A DNA stretch of 64,000 nucleotides from Veleropilina oligotropha (GCA_048128005.1 JBEUKZ010000058.1:124001-188000), one strand, 5' to 3'; shown: positions 11,751-25,311, counted from the stretch's first letter. Program-made: numbers and translations. Notes: generated by a model from the sequence alone, not told the origin.

Positions 11751-14079
11751 TTAAAGCCTGGACAAATTTATATTTAAGTGCATATATATAATTATATGAC
11801 TGACAAATAGCTAAAATATCTCTAATCAATATCAGTGCCAAGGTTTTTCCAGTTGTTGGTGCTTGTTTGTAATGAAAACCAGGTCTTCATCTGAAGACTC
11901 ATAGAATAGTGCCCATTCATGTTTATTGGGCCATGGAAAACAAAGTTTTGGGAAATTTGAAATATAATTTTGTAACGTCCGCGACAATATGTAACGTCCG
12001 CGACGAAGTGCCTTCCATTACTTGCTGACATCAGCATTGAGGTATATAAAATTTTATAAATGGTTATTACATGGATGGATACCCTTCTTACTTTTATGCA
12101 TTAACAGTCCTGTAACTGCTGTGGTTATGCTCACACAAGATAATATAATGTTGAAGCGTCGCGGACGTTACGTAACGTCCGCGACAGATGTTCTTTAGGC
12201 TTGCATAAAAACGATATGAAATAATGAACCATTACCTCATGCAATAATAAAAATAAGGGGTCTCCTTGTCTTTACACAAAAATTGCTGTTGTGGGTTGTT
12301 GTATTAACCTTTTTGGAGAACATTGAATATTATATGCATTTGTATAACTGAATATGTATAAATATTGTTCAGATTCAAGAAGAGAAAATAATTATATAGA
12401 TATAGAAAAAAATGTTTCAACTATTTTTCTGATCTCGGGAAACACTTTTCTTCAAAAATAAATGTTAATTATTAAAATACTTGAGGTTAAATATTTTTGC
12501 ATCAAGGGTCCTTTCGCATGGATTCGCCCATATATAGCGTAAGCTGGTCCATGTCTCTATAATGTATATACAGCGTAAGCGGGTCCATGTCTCTATAATG
12601 TATATACAGCTTAAGCGGGTCCATGTCTCGATAATGTATATATAGCGTAAGCGGGTCCATGTCTCTAGTATAATGTATATATAGCGTAAGCGAGTCCATG
12701 TCTCTATAATGTATATATAGCGAAGAAGGTCCATGTCTCTATAATGTATATATATAGCGTAAGCGAGTCCATGTCTCTATAATGTATATATAGTGTAAGC
12801 GGGTCCATGTCTCTATAATGTATATATAGCGTAAGCGGGTCCATGTCTCTTTAATGTATATATAGCGTAAGCTGGTCCATGTCTCTATAATGTATATATA
12901 GCGTAAGCAGGTCCATGTCTCTATAATGTATATATAGCGTAAGCGACTCCATGTCTCTATAATGTATTTATAGCGTAAGCTGGTCCATGTCTCTATAATG
13001 TATATACAGCGTAAGCGGGTCCATGTCTCTATAATGTATATACAGCTTAAGCGGGTCCATGTCTCGATAATGTATATATAGCGTAAGCGGGTCCATGTCT
13101 CTAGTATAATGTATATATAGCGTAAGCGGGTCCATGTCTCATAATGTATATACAGCGTAAGCGGGTCCATGTCTCTATAATGTATATATAGCGTAAGCGG
13201 GTCAATGTCTCTATAATGTATATATAGCGTAAGCTGGTCCATGTCTCTATAATGTATATATAGCGTAAGCGGGTCCATGTCTCTATAATGTATATATAGC
13301 GTAAGCGGTTTCATGTCTCTAGTATAATGTATATATAGCGTAAGCGGGTCCATGTCTCTATAATGTATATACAGCGTAAGCGGGTCCATGTCTCTATAAT
13401 GTATATATAGCGTAAGCGGGTCCATGTCTCTATAATGTATATATAGCGTAAGCGGGTCCATGTCTCTATAATGTATATATAGCGTAAGCGGGTCCATGTC
13501 TCTAGTATAATGTATATATAGCGTAAGCGGGTCCATGTCTCTATAATGTATATATATAGCGTAAGCGGGTCCATGTCTCTATAATGTATATATAGCGTAA
13601 GTGGGTCCATGTCTCTATAATGTATATATAGCGTAAGCGGGTCCATGTCTCTATAATGTATATATAGCGTAAGTGGGTATTCGTGAAGATTGTCTGTAGC
13701 CTTATTATGAATGAAAGCTGCTTGTGTGAAATAAGAAGTTCTTCGTAACTGTTATTAAAATTAACTTGGTTTATTTTAACGTTGTATAATCTGATCAAAT
13801 TTGACGTGTTACAGATTCCTAGCACCAAAAGTTTTAATCTGATTAAAAATTTACATGCACATTAGTAATGATGAGGACACGATGCCTCAATATTTTTGGC
13901 GGTTTCGAATTCAAGTGGACCACCATGCCATTTTTGTATGTCGGAAGACATATATCTAGTCCGTAAAAATGAGGTCGCTTTCACAACTTGTCCATTCGAT
14001 GTTTCAAGTAACACCCAATTATGTAATGGAAGTTTCAACAGATTTATATCCAAAACGAAAGTAGGCCTACTATCGAAGA

Positions 14080-14336
14080 GGAGGAATTATGCTTAATGTC
14101 CTGTATATTTATAACAACGAGGTTCAAGGCAGGACATGTCCGTGTTTTCGCGGGAGGAAACCCCGGTCGCCCGGATAAACCCGCCCTCTTCGGCCAGTCA
14201 CGGACAACTGTGCTTCATAACTTGAACAAATGTGTGCTGCCTCAGCCGGGGGTCGATCCCACTACTGTTCGCGTCAGCGGAAACAAGCCAGTGAATTTAG
14301 AGTGGACACTCTACCCACTGCGCTACCGAAGCGGCC
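14080..14336 (-). mobile_element. tRNA-derived SINE (V-domain-like core), family A, full length
   Basis: Minus strand shows A-box GGTAGCGCAGTGGG, B-box-like GGGATCGACCCC, core CCGGGGTTTCCTCCC and (CCT)n tail. Direct repeat ggcctactatcgaaga at 14064 and 14333. Confidence 0.75.
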
Positions 14337-14589
14337 TACTATCGAAGACGAACGTCATGTTAATTCTGCCCGGGCCGATATATCGACCCAAAACGCAAGT
14401 ACCGACGATGTTTTGTATATATATATTTTTTTTCTTTCGGCACTCGATTCAAGCGTGAAACTGGGTCAGTGCACAGCCACTTCAAAGATTTTATCTATGT
14501 AATATTGTACACTGTCTTGTACTGCTAGTTTTTCAAATGAAATTTTAATTTATTGAAAGTCTTAATATGCCTAATACTAGATAAAGTAA

Positions 14590-14800
14590 CTTCTTTGGCG
14601 GGAGAGTTGTTAGTGCGTCGGACACTCGACCGAAACAGCCAGGAGGACACCGAGTTCAAGACCAGCCGACCACGTATTCTACCGCTTAAAATAACAAATG
14701 GCATATCCTTAATGTATGTCGGTCAGAATGGAGGGAGACCTTAAACCCGGTGTCCCGCCTGCGTTAAGGCTGAAAAATTGCCAAAAGTGGTTTTAAAACA
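14590..14800 (+). mobile_element. tRNA-derived SINE, family B
   Basis: Similar to 26935-27150: GAGTTCAAGACC B-box and ggctgaaaaattgcc-aaagtgg tail. Confidence 0.55.
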
Positions 14801-15187
14801 AAGCAACCTTTTTAATACTAAGTCTGTTATGTAAGATATTTAGAAAACCCCCAACCAAGATGCAATGTCCCCCATTTTCTGAAGACAAGGGGGGACGTCC
14901 CCCCATATTGAAAATTTCTAGAATCAACACTGATTGTTTCAAAATTATACAAAATACTGCTTTGGTAAAGAAGCGTTTGCTGCACACATAGCTGATTTAT
15001 TTCTGTTGAAAATATTTAAAACAATAAATCTATTAAACTTGATAGTTATTAAAGAAACGCTATTTTTGAGTTGTTAACATTCCCAGGCATCAGAGACTAT
15101 GTAGCGTTGATTATCCAGTGATTCAGCAATGCACTAGAGACTATGTAACGTTGATTATCCAGTGATATTCGGTTTTTCTCCATTCAG

Positions 15188-15376
15188 GAACATCGAGACT
15201 TGGAGGCCCGCATAGCACAGATCATCAAGGGCACTGAGACGTTTGGGTACGAGCCGCCTGCCGACTTCCAGTCACACAAGAAGAAAGCGGCCGCCCAGCC
15301 AAAGGTCGTCAAGGTCGAGGACAGCGACGAGAACATCATGGATGACGACGAACTGCACAACCTGCTGGGCATCTGA
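15188..15376 (+). CDS. LEDGF/HDGFRP2-family gene, terminal exon F
   Basis: Polypyrimidine acceptor tttttctccattcag, GC-rich codons, EHRDLEARIAQIIKG...DDDELHNLLGI then TGA. AATAAA at ~15708 and ~15857. Confidence 0.75.
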   Translation, partial: EHRDLEARIAQIIKGTETFGYEPPADFQSHKKKAAAQPKVVKVEDSDENIMDDDELHNLLGI

Positions 15377-17989
15377 GGCCGAATGAAGCGTGAACTGAAT
15401 CGACTCCGTGTGCTGGACGTGTGCAGCCCGCCAGCGTTAGTGTAGCTGGACGTGTGCGGCCCGCCAGCGTAGTGTACAGCATCTCATTTATCGTGAAATA
15501 ATCATTGCTTGTCTTCATTGTTTGGTCACGATGTTGTGTGTTCTGAATGTGTAAGTTTAAAATGACGTACAGTAATGTATGAATGTATGTTCATGTTGAA
15601 GAGAATACATGTATTTGGATAGGAATGCTAGGCAGAATAGCGTGCGCTTCATGTTGCATTGCTGCAAAATTAGTCGCGTTGAGGTAATTGATGCATTATG
15701 TAGATGAATAAATACCTGATGTTGCATTGGAATATGAATGATCAGCTAGAATCGGCATTTAGAATTAGTTTTTCAAATCTTTAAATTATATGGTTGCTGT
15801 AGTCTTGTTACTTTAGCTAAAATTAACGTTTATACACTTAATAAGTTATTGTTATAAATAAACGTTTAATGCGTACTTTTGTTATGCGCCGCATTTATGT
15901 TTACGACAATCCCTGAATATAAATCTTGTAAAGTAAGTGCTTGTTTAACATGGAATCAGTGATCATGGGACAAATGTGGTGCCAATAACTTATGCAAATG
16001 GTCCATATTTGGTATCATCCAAGCTCATTGTAAATGAATTTATTTGCATATGTTTGAAATTTGAGGACAACCTGTAATCAAATGATCAGCTGTTGTATAT
16101 ATCAGATTATCGTGGGATGTCAGAAATGTTAATGAGCACTGCATTTGTAGTGGTTTGCAAACCAGCTAGGAATTCGCTGATTACCTGTATTCACGTGACA
16201 ATAAGTAGGTGGATGATGCTGATTAATGCTACGCGGATAGTGGGAATTGATCCGACAGGTTCACCAATCTATTTACAGTGTCCTGCTTGCTGACCTGTCC
16301 AGTTAATTGATGTTAACCCATGTGTTGTAAATAATTTCTCCATTACATTATCGTTTTAAAATTCAAGTTGTTGAGAAATTACAATGAATTGTCTTTGCAT
16401 TAGTGCTCATTGCTCACATTCGACAAGTTTTTGTACAGTAAGGTGTTTTTAGCACAGTGAGATGAAGTATACAGGAACAATGATGTCAGTAGAGGTTCCG
16501 TCAAAATTACTTCACCGATATTGACACGCTGAAATACGCGACACGACAGACAAATGTTTGATTGTGGAGGAAGGTACAGGGTTGGTGATCTCGATAGATC
16601 CTTGACTAAACACTGCTACAACATGGTTTGGTATGGCTGTCTCTGATATAATAATAAATATACTGGAAGGGCAGTAATTATTTGTGGCAAGATTATACCA
16701 TACATTCTTCATGTGCGGATGCTTCTGTGACCTGGTCTTCTTATTGAAGGCATATGCAGCCGTTACTTTTCTCCTTAGGTATATTTCCATCTACTTGACA
16801 TTTTCATTTAGAATTTACAAAATTGTGCATATTGATTGCTTTTATAATTGAAATTTATTTTGAAGAGTATCAGTAATCAATAGAATTATCTATTCAATGG
16901 TCAGGATACATGAAATATTACTTTAAAAATTAGTGTTTTAATAATTCAGTCTCATTTTAGGTTTGAATAGGTTCTGTAATAGCATGGCTGCATTTTGTCG
17001 TTGTCGTGTAAATAAAATAATTGTTCGTAATGCGAGGAATAATTTTGAGGAAAGTGATCATCTGCTATTGCTGTCGTTATACTTGTTTCAGTAACATTTG
17101 CATACCTTGTTTTATGTGGATTTGTTCCAAGAATAATTTTTGTGTAAGCAAATAAACACATTTATAAAATCTACATTTTAAGTTTCTTTCCTTGGAAGTC
17201 GATTTCTTGTGACTGATGTTGCAGACAGCGTAACCCTAATGGTTACAATGCAGATAAATCGATTATAAATGACATATTAAACTTTATGAATGATGTCTTA
17301 TGTATCTTATACATGTACTCACAAAATTAATTAATTTCTAATGATCATGAGGAACCACGTACATGTATTGTCCAAAATTTATTTTCAACAAGGCCTTAGG
17401 GGATGCGTGACAAAATGGATAGGACGCTGGTTAGCCGAGCCAATGGACCCGAGTTTGATGTTCAGGTGTGCAGTGCAGTCTCCATAGTAACATGGAGGAA
17501 ATTTGTTGCATATTGCAAAGTGTATATTATACCCGATTGATGACTGAAATGTTGTTGCGATTGTGATACCATCAACTTATATATGTATCCATCATTTGAA
17601 TAAACACCTGTCGATTTGGTGTTGAAAAAGCGATGTCCACTCTATAATGAACAGCAAACAATATCACGTAGCAGAACTCTTGTTGGCTGGCTTAAAATCA
17701 TCCCAGGTGATTGTGACCTAGCTTTCAATGTCGAGTTTATCATTTCGGCTCTTCCATTGGTGCTAGCGTGATATCTCAATACACAATTATCAGTTTTCAT
17801 TTATATTTGCTGGTTAGATAACGCAGACCCGAGTATATTGTGGTGACTTGGACTCGTTGCCTAAATATTTCCAATGTCACATTATGCACTTTCGAAATCC
17901 CCAATTAGCACGTACAAGGCAACACCGGTTTTTACATTTGCACTGAAAGTGTCACATTGTAAAGTTTGAACATCCAGTTGAAATTGTCT

Positions 17990-18960
17990 GTTGAAAAATA
18001 ATAAAAAAGTAAAGACGGAACAAAGAAATCTTTGGGGAAGTTAGCCGTTGGAACTCGCATTTCTCAAGTTGCACGTCATCTTAACGTTAATGTAAGGACA
18101 ATATATTTCGCCTACAGAGAATATACAGACAGGCAGGCAGTACACAGGACCTTCCAAAGTGATATCACAGGATGACTGATACGTAGTATCGTCATCGCGA
18201 CGTAATTGGTCAATGACGACTCCTAACATTGCAAATCGACTAAGGTATGCTACTAGAAATCAACATGTACAATTCAAAATTGTCTTAGGGGGGCACGTCT
18301 TCATTCCCGACGTACATACGTTGGTGTTCCCCTTGCACAACGTCATCGTGATGCCCCTCTTAACTGAGGTCACATACACCTTCCATGGATTAGAAGACGC
18401 TGTCACAGAATATTGCTCACCGTTGAGTCTAGGTTCAATCTCCATGGACCTGATGGTAGGATTCATGTTTTGAGATGTCAAGGAGGACTTGATCCTGCTA
18501 ATATTGTCCAACGTGATCGATTCGGCGGCGCGGTAGCATCATGGTATGGGGTGAAATAGCAAACAGTGGAAAGACCCCCTCGTACCAGTTTGTGGGAATC
18601 TGTTGGCTATTAGTTACTGTAACAAAATTGTCCGCCCTGTCATACGTGAACCAACAACGCACTAACACGATAACCCACTTCCACACAGCCTGCTACACAC
18701 TTGATGTTCTGCAACAGAACCGCGTTAATGTTCTCTAACGGTTAGCAAGATCACCCGATTTGTCTCCTTTAGAACATCATTGGGTCTATCTGGGAAGACG
18801 GATTCGAGAATGAAATGACGTGAACAACGTCAGTGATTTGGAGCACTACACCCATGTACGTATGGCATTGGAAAACCCTTAAACAGTATGAGAATCAGAT
18901 ATTTGGCTTTGATCGCCAGTGCAGGAAGACACACCAGATATTGAATATTTTGTGAATTTT
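17990..18960 (+). pseudogene. Tc1/mariner transposase relic
   Basis: Fragments across frames: GTRISQVARHLNV (HTH), GSIMVWG, and ARSPDLSPLEHHW (Tc1 catalytic motif). Many stops and frameshifts. Confidence 0.75.
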
Positions 18961-19159
18961 TATTCTGATATCTGCATTAAACAAATGGACTCAAAAATAA
19001 GAATATCAGTTTCTCTTATTTTATGTTTACAATAAAATTAATGGGGCACTTTATACCATAAAATGCATCACACGTTTTAGTAGCTCCCACAAGCTGATTT
19101 GTTCATGTTTCTTGACACTACATTAAGTCGCAAGTCTATCGCACGCTAGAGAAAGGTTT

Positions 19160-20017
19160 TTATATCGGAAGACATATATATCTAGCTTTTGGAAAATATC
19201 AGATTTACATTTTGTCCAATCGCATTCCTTAAAAATTCAGGTCACTTTCACAACTTGTGCATCCAATGTTTCAAGTAGCACAGAAGTAATGGAATTTGGT
19301 CAATTTAAATGCAATATCCCATATCTATTATGCTATTTAGTAACAAAATCTTCTGCTGTGTCATACTGAATAGGGTTGCTCACAATTGCAGTAAAATGAT
19401 ATAAATAGACTCTGCAGGTAGAGAGCGGACAAACAATGGTCAAATGCAATGAAGTCTGCCTGTATTTAGAAGCCAATTTCATTTCTCGGCCAATGAGAGA
19501 GCAGTATTTCTCGTCAATTATTGCTGAAGACGGCACTTTGCAGGTCTATTGTTTGCGATGCCTTACCCATTATTAAGAATAGGGGTGACAGGTTGTAATG
19601 TTAATATGGATCTTCTTGATATATTGGTAAAAAAGCTAATTATTTTGTAATAAATATGTGTTTCGATAACATAAATAGTTTAACAAATTAGATAATTATA
19701 AATAATTTGTGTGGAGAAATGAAATTAGCTTCTAAGTCTGTTAGACGGCAGCTTGTAGACTCTTATCAAAAAGTAGTCTCGCCCTACGGGCTCGACTCCT
19801 ATTTTGCTAAGACTCTCCAATCCGCCATCTAACCTATACTTGTCCGCATGTGTGACGTCAATTGCGAGCAACCCTATTATAATTGTATTAAACAAACATA
19901 GCTTGCGATTGGAAAAGATTACTGCTCGGTAAACAGGCAGAATTTGCATGGCTATTCCACCTATATGTTTATTGCATAAATTATCGAATTTTCTCTCAAA
20001 TTAGGGTGTGGTACATA
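19160..20017. mobile_element. dispersed DNA-element copy; an inverted, internally deleted copy lies at 22896-23256 and a fragment at ~13940-14035
   Basis: 19160-19370 is the reverse complement of 23043-23256. 19895-20017 is the reverse complement of 22900-23030. Confidence 0.7.
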
Positions 20018-20018
20018 G

Positions 20019-20302
20019 CACGAGGTTTGGTTGTCTAATCGGAAAAGCCTGCAGTTAATCAACGAGGCGCAAAGCGCCGAGTTAATTTAACTGCACAGGC
20101 TTTTCCGATTAGATAACACAAACCGAGTTATATAACCGACTTAAACCATTGCAAAAGTGGAAAATAATTTAAAATATGTGATTTTAATAACCTAATACAC
20201 CCATTTTTAGTGTAAGAAAGTAATCCCCCGTGGTCTAACTGACAATATGGCCAGTTAGACCACGGGCCAAGACAATATAATGACATCATAAAAATGGTTT
20301 AA
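20019..20302. mobile_element. palindromic Crypton-like non-autonomous element (short copy)
   Basis: ~110-bp hairpin centred on GAGGCGCAAAGCGCCGAG, then gacttaaaccattgc, a second hairpin, and a tggtttaaa end. Confidence 0.5.
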
Positions 20303-21067
20303 ATCTATTTTGTGTGTTTATCTGTTTGTGCAAATCATAATAAAGTGCACAAAAATTAGGCTGTTTAATTGCAAATTACATGTTTTTCACGGGGGATACC
20401 AAAAGATAGAATGTCATAGACTGACTTGATAGTCTACATTCATATCCCATTCATAAAAGTTTCCAAGATTGACTACTATTTCAGAGGGTAAATCCACATG
20501 ATAGAACAGCCACAGCAACGGACATAAATAGAAATTGATGTACAGGGGTCATCCCAGCTGGACATGCAGTTAACAAGGATAAGTTAAGAGCTGACAGAGA
20601 GAAGTGACAATATATTGTAAATTGTGTACATATGAAATAAAGAACACGTATACATTTAATTAAGTAATTGTAGTGAAAAGATTTTATAAGATAAATAATT
20701 ATAGTTTTTAATGTCATTGAATATTAAATATATTGCTTACAACTGTTTGTTTATGTGCTAACTTTAATAAATTTATATGTAAAGTTAAAATAATCAATAT
20801 ATAGACAATTTAAAACGTTATGACATAATGTGTTTTGCTTGATTTTCATTTCTCAAGAATTCGACTAAAATCAAATTTCTATAATGTGACTGCATGGTCT
20901 AGCTTAAGTAATAGTCCCAAAATGTAAAGACGTAATCAATTTGTTTAATGTTTTGGTTAAAGAACAAAAATAACTAAAAAATATGTTGTGAGCACGGTCA
21001 ACCCCCTAGAGTCGGGCACATTAATTCTTCAAGCCAATGTGTAATGAACAAGATGACCTTCATTTTT

Positions 21068-21506
21068 ATGTCTTGACCTTTTTGTAAAAAAGGACAAGAC
21101 ATTATCAAATGGTCCGTGTGTATATACATATATACTTATATATATATATATCCGTCGATTTATTTGAAAACTACCCGCTCAATTTTCACCAAAATTGGTA
21201 CACACATTCCCAAGAGTATTTGTAGGTCGTGTATATAACTTTTGCGACACAATTTTGCAAAAATATGCATTTATTGAGCACTTTCATCCATATTTGTATA
21301 TAACGGATGTCTAATACTGCAAGCAAATAGCAATGACATCATTACGACGTCGCTTTAGATTAATCGTCATTTGGTGACGTCACAATCGACGGGGTAGTAA
21401 ATTAAGCCATGAAGTACTTGCACTTAGCCATTTTATTAACTGTTATGAAAATTTGAGGGAAATAAAGAAAGGTCAAGACATATTTCGAACACGTCGTTCT
21501 TGTTAA
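21068..21506 (+). mobile_element. HINE-like dispersed repeat (copies at 39717-40467 and, reversed, 62205-62605)
   Basis: atgtcttgaccttt...aaaggtcaagacat subterminal inverted repeat. The body is shared among three loci. Confidence 0.75.
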
Positions 21507-21574
21507 CTATGATCTGCATGGCTCTGGCATCGACACCTGATTTGGTATTCGGAATGACATCAACTGAAACTTAC

Positions 21575-21798
21575 TTGACAAACAAGTATGTTCATGTTGT
21601 GAAACCAATACTCTCTTCACTTTCCGACTTTTCAGTGCTTCAGGACTTTGATATATAACTGCAGTGATTTTCCTTGATTTCCAGATATACAGTGCCCCTT
21701 TAAACTGATGGATTTAAATTAAATCAAAGTGCTGAAGCACTGAAATGTCGGAAAGTGAAAAAGTATTGATTTCGCAACACAAACATACTTTTTGTCAA
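21575..21798. mobile_element. foldback MITE
   Basis: ~75-bp imperfect inverted arms (ttgacaaacaagtatgtt...tcagtgcttcag / ctgaagcactga...aacatactttttgtcaa). Confidence 0.65.
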
Positions 21799-23805
21799 AG
21801 TTGCAGTACTTAGCTTATGAAGTTAGTATTTTTTATAACATTCATAACAGCATGGTGGAATTAAAAATAATTGAGCGTTGCCATGGACCTTCATGGCAAA
21901 TCTTGTTGCTCGACTCACAATTTTCTTGTCAGAATTTACAGAAAACGAAAGTGCCTAAATGGTTTTAGATAATTAAACTTAATGCCTTTTACTTTCAGTT
22001 ATCCTTCTTCTTTTACCATTTACATTACGCCTTTCCATATTAATTGCGTTAATCATGAAGGAAATATCCCTGATAATATACACAAAATGGGATCAGTATA
22101 CTGTAATAGTAAATATGATGACTGACCGGCCATCAAATTTTATCCACATGTACATGCACCATCTTTTTTGGAAGCCTAAATCAAAATTTGACAAGCCGAA
22201 CAAGGATATTAAATATCAGTTGTAGTAGTATGATCTTTTTATTTTCTATTTTAAATATAATGATTATTTTATTAACTTTCTTTCAACAATTAAGATGCAA
22301 TTGACATATTTAAAAGAAAAATATATAAGGTACAATATAAGTGAAATAATGGTGAATTTATTTTAAACTTGTGTTTTCAATATTACACATTGTTAGCAAG
22401 AAATATATTTCATGTTTATAATAGTAGGCCCTTCGAACTCATTCATGAGAAGAAATACTAGAGAGCTGTGTGTTTATGGAGTCTGTAATTACTACGAATT
22501 ATATTACAGTCTGCCCAAGGCAGATGAAGTCTTCAAGATATTTTTATGGTACTGTCACCCATGGCCGAGTTCAATCAATTACAATCAATGACCATATCAA
22601 TTACTCCTGTCATTAAAGAATGCAACAAATTGACCAATCCATGAGAGCCACACATGTGGCTGTTCCCTTACATGGAAACCCCCCTCCCCGGGACACATTT
22701 ATGAATGGAAGAATTAAATATGAATGTAGGCCACCTATTTACAGCAAATGCTGATATTCCCTCAATTGTTATCCCCTGTGAAAAACATGTCATTTGCAGA
22801 CATTTCATCACTAAACAGCCTTATTTTTGTACACTTTATTATGATTTGCACAAACATAAATACACAAAGTTAGTTAAATAGTTTTATTATTACTTTTAAG
22901 ATGTACCACACCCTAATTTGAGAGAAAACTCGATAATTTATGCAATAAGCAGATAGTGGGAATAGCCATGCAAATTCTGCCTGTTTACGGAAGCAGTAAT
23001 TTTTTCCAATCGCAGGCTACATATATTTTTGAAACAACTATAGTTCAGTATGACACAACATAAGAGTTTGTTACTAAATAGCATAATAGATATGGGATAT
23101 TGCATATAAATTGAATAAATTCCATTACAGAAGTGGGTGTTACTTGAAACATCGCATGCACAAGTGGTGAAAGTGACCTAAATTTTTAAGGATTGTGATT
23201 GGACAAAATGTAAATCTGATGAGATTTTCCAAAAGCTAGATATAAATGTCTTCCGCCAATCTGTGACTTGAGTGAATTTATTAATATGTAGTTCATGTTT
23301 GATATTATTCCACTGACGAAACTTTTGCGCTCAATTTTTTAATATGTAGTTCATGTTTGATATTATTCCACTGACTAAACTTTTTGCGCTCAGTAAAACT
23401 GCTGGAAAACATATTGCAGACTCGAGAACACCGTCACAGAACATTTTTTTGGCTGAACGCCATCTTTAACATCGAAATAATTCATGTGCGCGTATATTCA
23501 TAACACGTATGTATAATTTAATATGCATACGTGTTGGCTTATTGTAATCCGTTATCACATTTCTGACATCTACATCTTTTAGTGCAACTATGAGGATCCA
23601 CGTATTCATGATTGGAGAACTTCCGTTTCCTCATCCGGGTACTTGCCACGTTGTGCGAGCCACCATTTTGTCAACAACACCGGTAGATGTGTTGCTTGGT
23701 GAAATTATCTCGAAGAACGACATAAATTCTATGATATATATGATTACGTAACTGAGTTGCATTGGGTATCGATCGGAAAGTGTAGACAGTACTTTCATTT
23801 TCAAA

Positions 23806-23952
23806 ATGGAGTGCGTATTATTGGTAACGTTACTAGTAGCATATATAAGCGCGGTGTTAGCCGGCGAACTGACATTTGAACTGCCGGACAACGAAAAAAT
23901 GTGCTTCTTTGAAAATATTGATAAAGGTGTAAAGTCTACGCTGGAGTTTCAG
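23806..23952 (+). CDS. TMED7: p24-gamma transmembrane emp24 domain protein (TMED7/TMED3-like), exon 1
   Basis: Signal peptide MECVLLVTLLVAYISAVLAG then ELTFELPDNEKMCFF...LEFQ. CAG|GTAATT donor. Confidence 0.92.
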
Positions 23953-24520
23953 GTAATTAATCTGAATTAAAGTCTTTGGTGCGTATAAGTTTCACGTTGG
24001 GCCCTGCACGATTATTAATATGCTAGTGACGAGCACGCAGATTATATTATTATATAGCCTCTAAATACGTCAGCCGGTCAGGGAAATATAGCAATGAAAT
24101 GTCTTTATTGATTAATTACGCTTACATATGCGCGCAATCTACCATGGCAAAGAATGACCAGCAAATCTCTCGTAGGTTAAATGTAGCCACGACTCGACCT
24201 TTGTTTTGGAAAAGTCCGCTTCAAAACGCGTGAAAAATCGATCATGCGAAGAATGGTCTCGCGACAATCCAGAGATGCGCGCGCATAACCGAATAATTAT
24301 ATTTCCGTTTCCACATTGTTACATCGGTTTTTAATTCATGGTAAGTTGTGGAGTTATCTGCCCTTTGTATTCGTTCTTTTATCTTTTCCGTGTACGCATT
24401 TATGTGAAGAGCTCGCTATAACTAAAGTCTATACTGGTTGGTCGCTCAAAATCAGGATAGCTTGCCTTCAATATTCAAGTATTGTCTAACAGATTATTAT
24501 TAATTTATGTTACAATGAAG

Positions 24521-25311
24521 TAGGGACACCCATGGCACATACAAATCGTACTAAATTCATAATCAACACGATGGTGAAGTGTCGTGATGAAAACGGTCAC
24601 CATATGGAAGATATATTACTATAATTAATCACTCACCCATACGCTAAAATAGAGTTAGAACTCATTTCTTACCACACACTTGTCGACTACGCTCGCTGTT
24701 TATGACTGCTAACGGAAGTGCAAGTTTGATGACGTCATGTCAGGGTTATATGAAAAAGTTGTATCGTTAAAAATTTGAGTTGCGGAAAATAATGCTATGT
24801 ACAAAACAATAAGTAGCTTAAATTATGAAAATTTCCGCACTAATCCGCAATCCGCATTTTTGATGTTACAAAATTTTAAATTATAACCAAATGAATGAGA
24901 TGGATCCTCTGACGGCGAAAAAACCAATTCAAAACGATCTATAATTAGTATTAAAATATTTGACCTTCTAAAAAATTGGTCAAAAAATATATCTTTTATA
25001 CAAAATCAAAGTTTACAATATATTATACTGGGACCTCACGATAATAAATATAAAGTAGTAAAATAACCTTACAAAATAAATTCACCCGCTCAAAATATTG
25101 TCCGATCGGAAGAGATATTAAATGTCCACTGCCGTAAAATAGGTTTTACATCGTTTTATAGAGATGTTTCTGTACGATAAATTCTACTTCCGTGATGTCC
25201 CCCGGATTAATGATATTGTAGCAGAATGTGCGAGACTAATACCCTCGTTTTGGAAAAACAGCTCGCTGAAATCATTTCACAGGTGAACGTTGCCAGGTAA
25301 AGGTGTCCCTA
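24521..25311. mobile_element. non-autonomous DNA transposon with 7-bp TSD (hATw- or P-like)
   Basis: TAGGGACACC...GGTGTCCCTA flanked by AATGAAG on both sides. Confidence 0.65.

Larger units (their letters stand above)
8926..12529. mobile_element. non-autonomous DNA transposon, Sola2-like (GGG...CCC ends, 4-bp TSD)
   Basis: TIR GGGCGAGTCCA / TGGATTCGCCC, ATAT duplicated. Subterminal GTCGCGGACGTTAC repeats are direct near 8940-9340 and inverted near 11970-12185. Confidence 0.7.
7995..13677. repeat. 36-bp minisatellite (gcgggtccatgtctctataatgtatatatagcgtaa), split into 7995-8925 and 12530-13677 by a transposon
   Basis: Tandem units are visible on both sides. The interrupted unit is restored when the insert and one ATAT are removed. 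Confidence 0.95.

Noticed and set aside
7995..13677. CRISPR-like 36-bp repeats and the MDPLTLYIHYRD ORFs
   Set aside because: The units are contiguous with no unique spacers, there are no cas genes, and the context is a eukaryotic intron.
14240..14336. tRNA genes here and at ~25715, ~26940, ~35000
   Set aside because: A/B-box heads continue into shared SINE bodies, some with TSDs, and no clean cloverleaf is visible.
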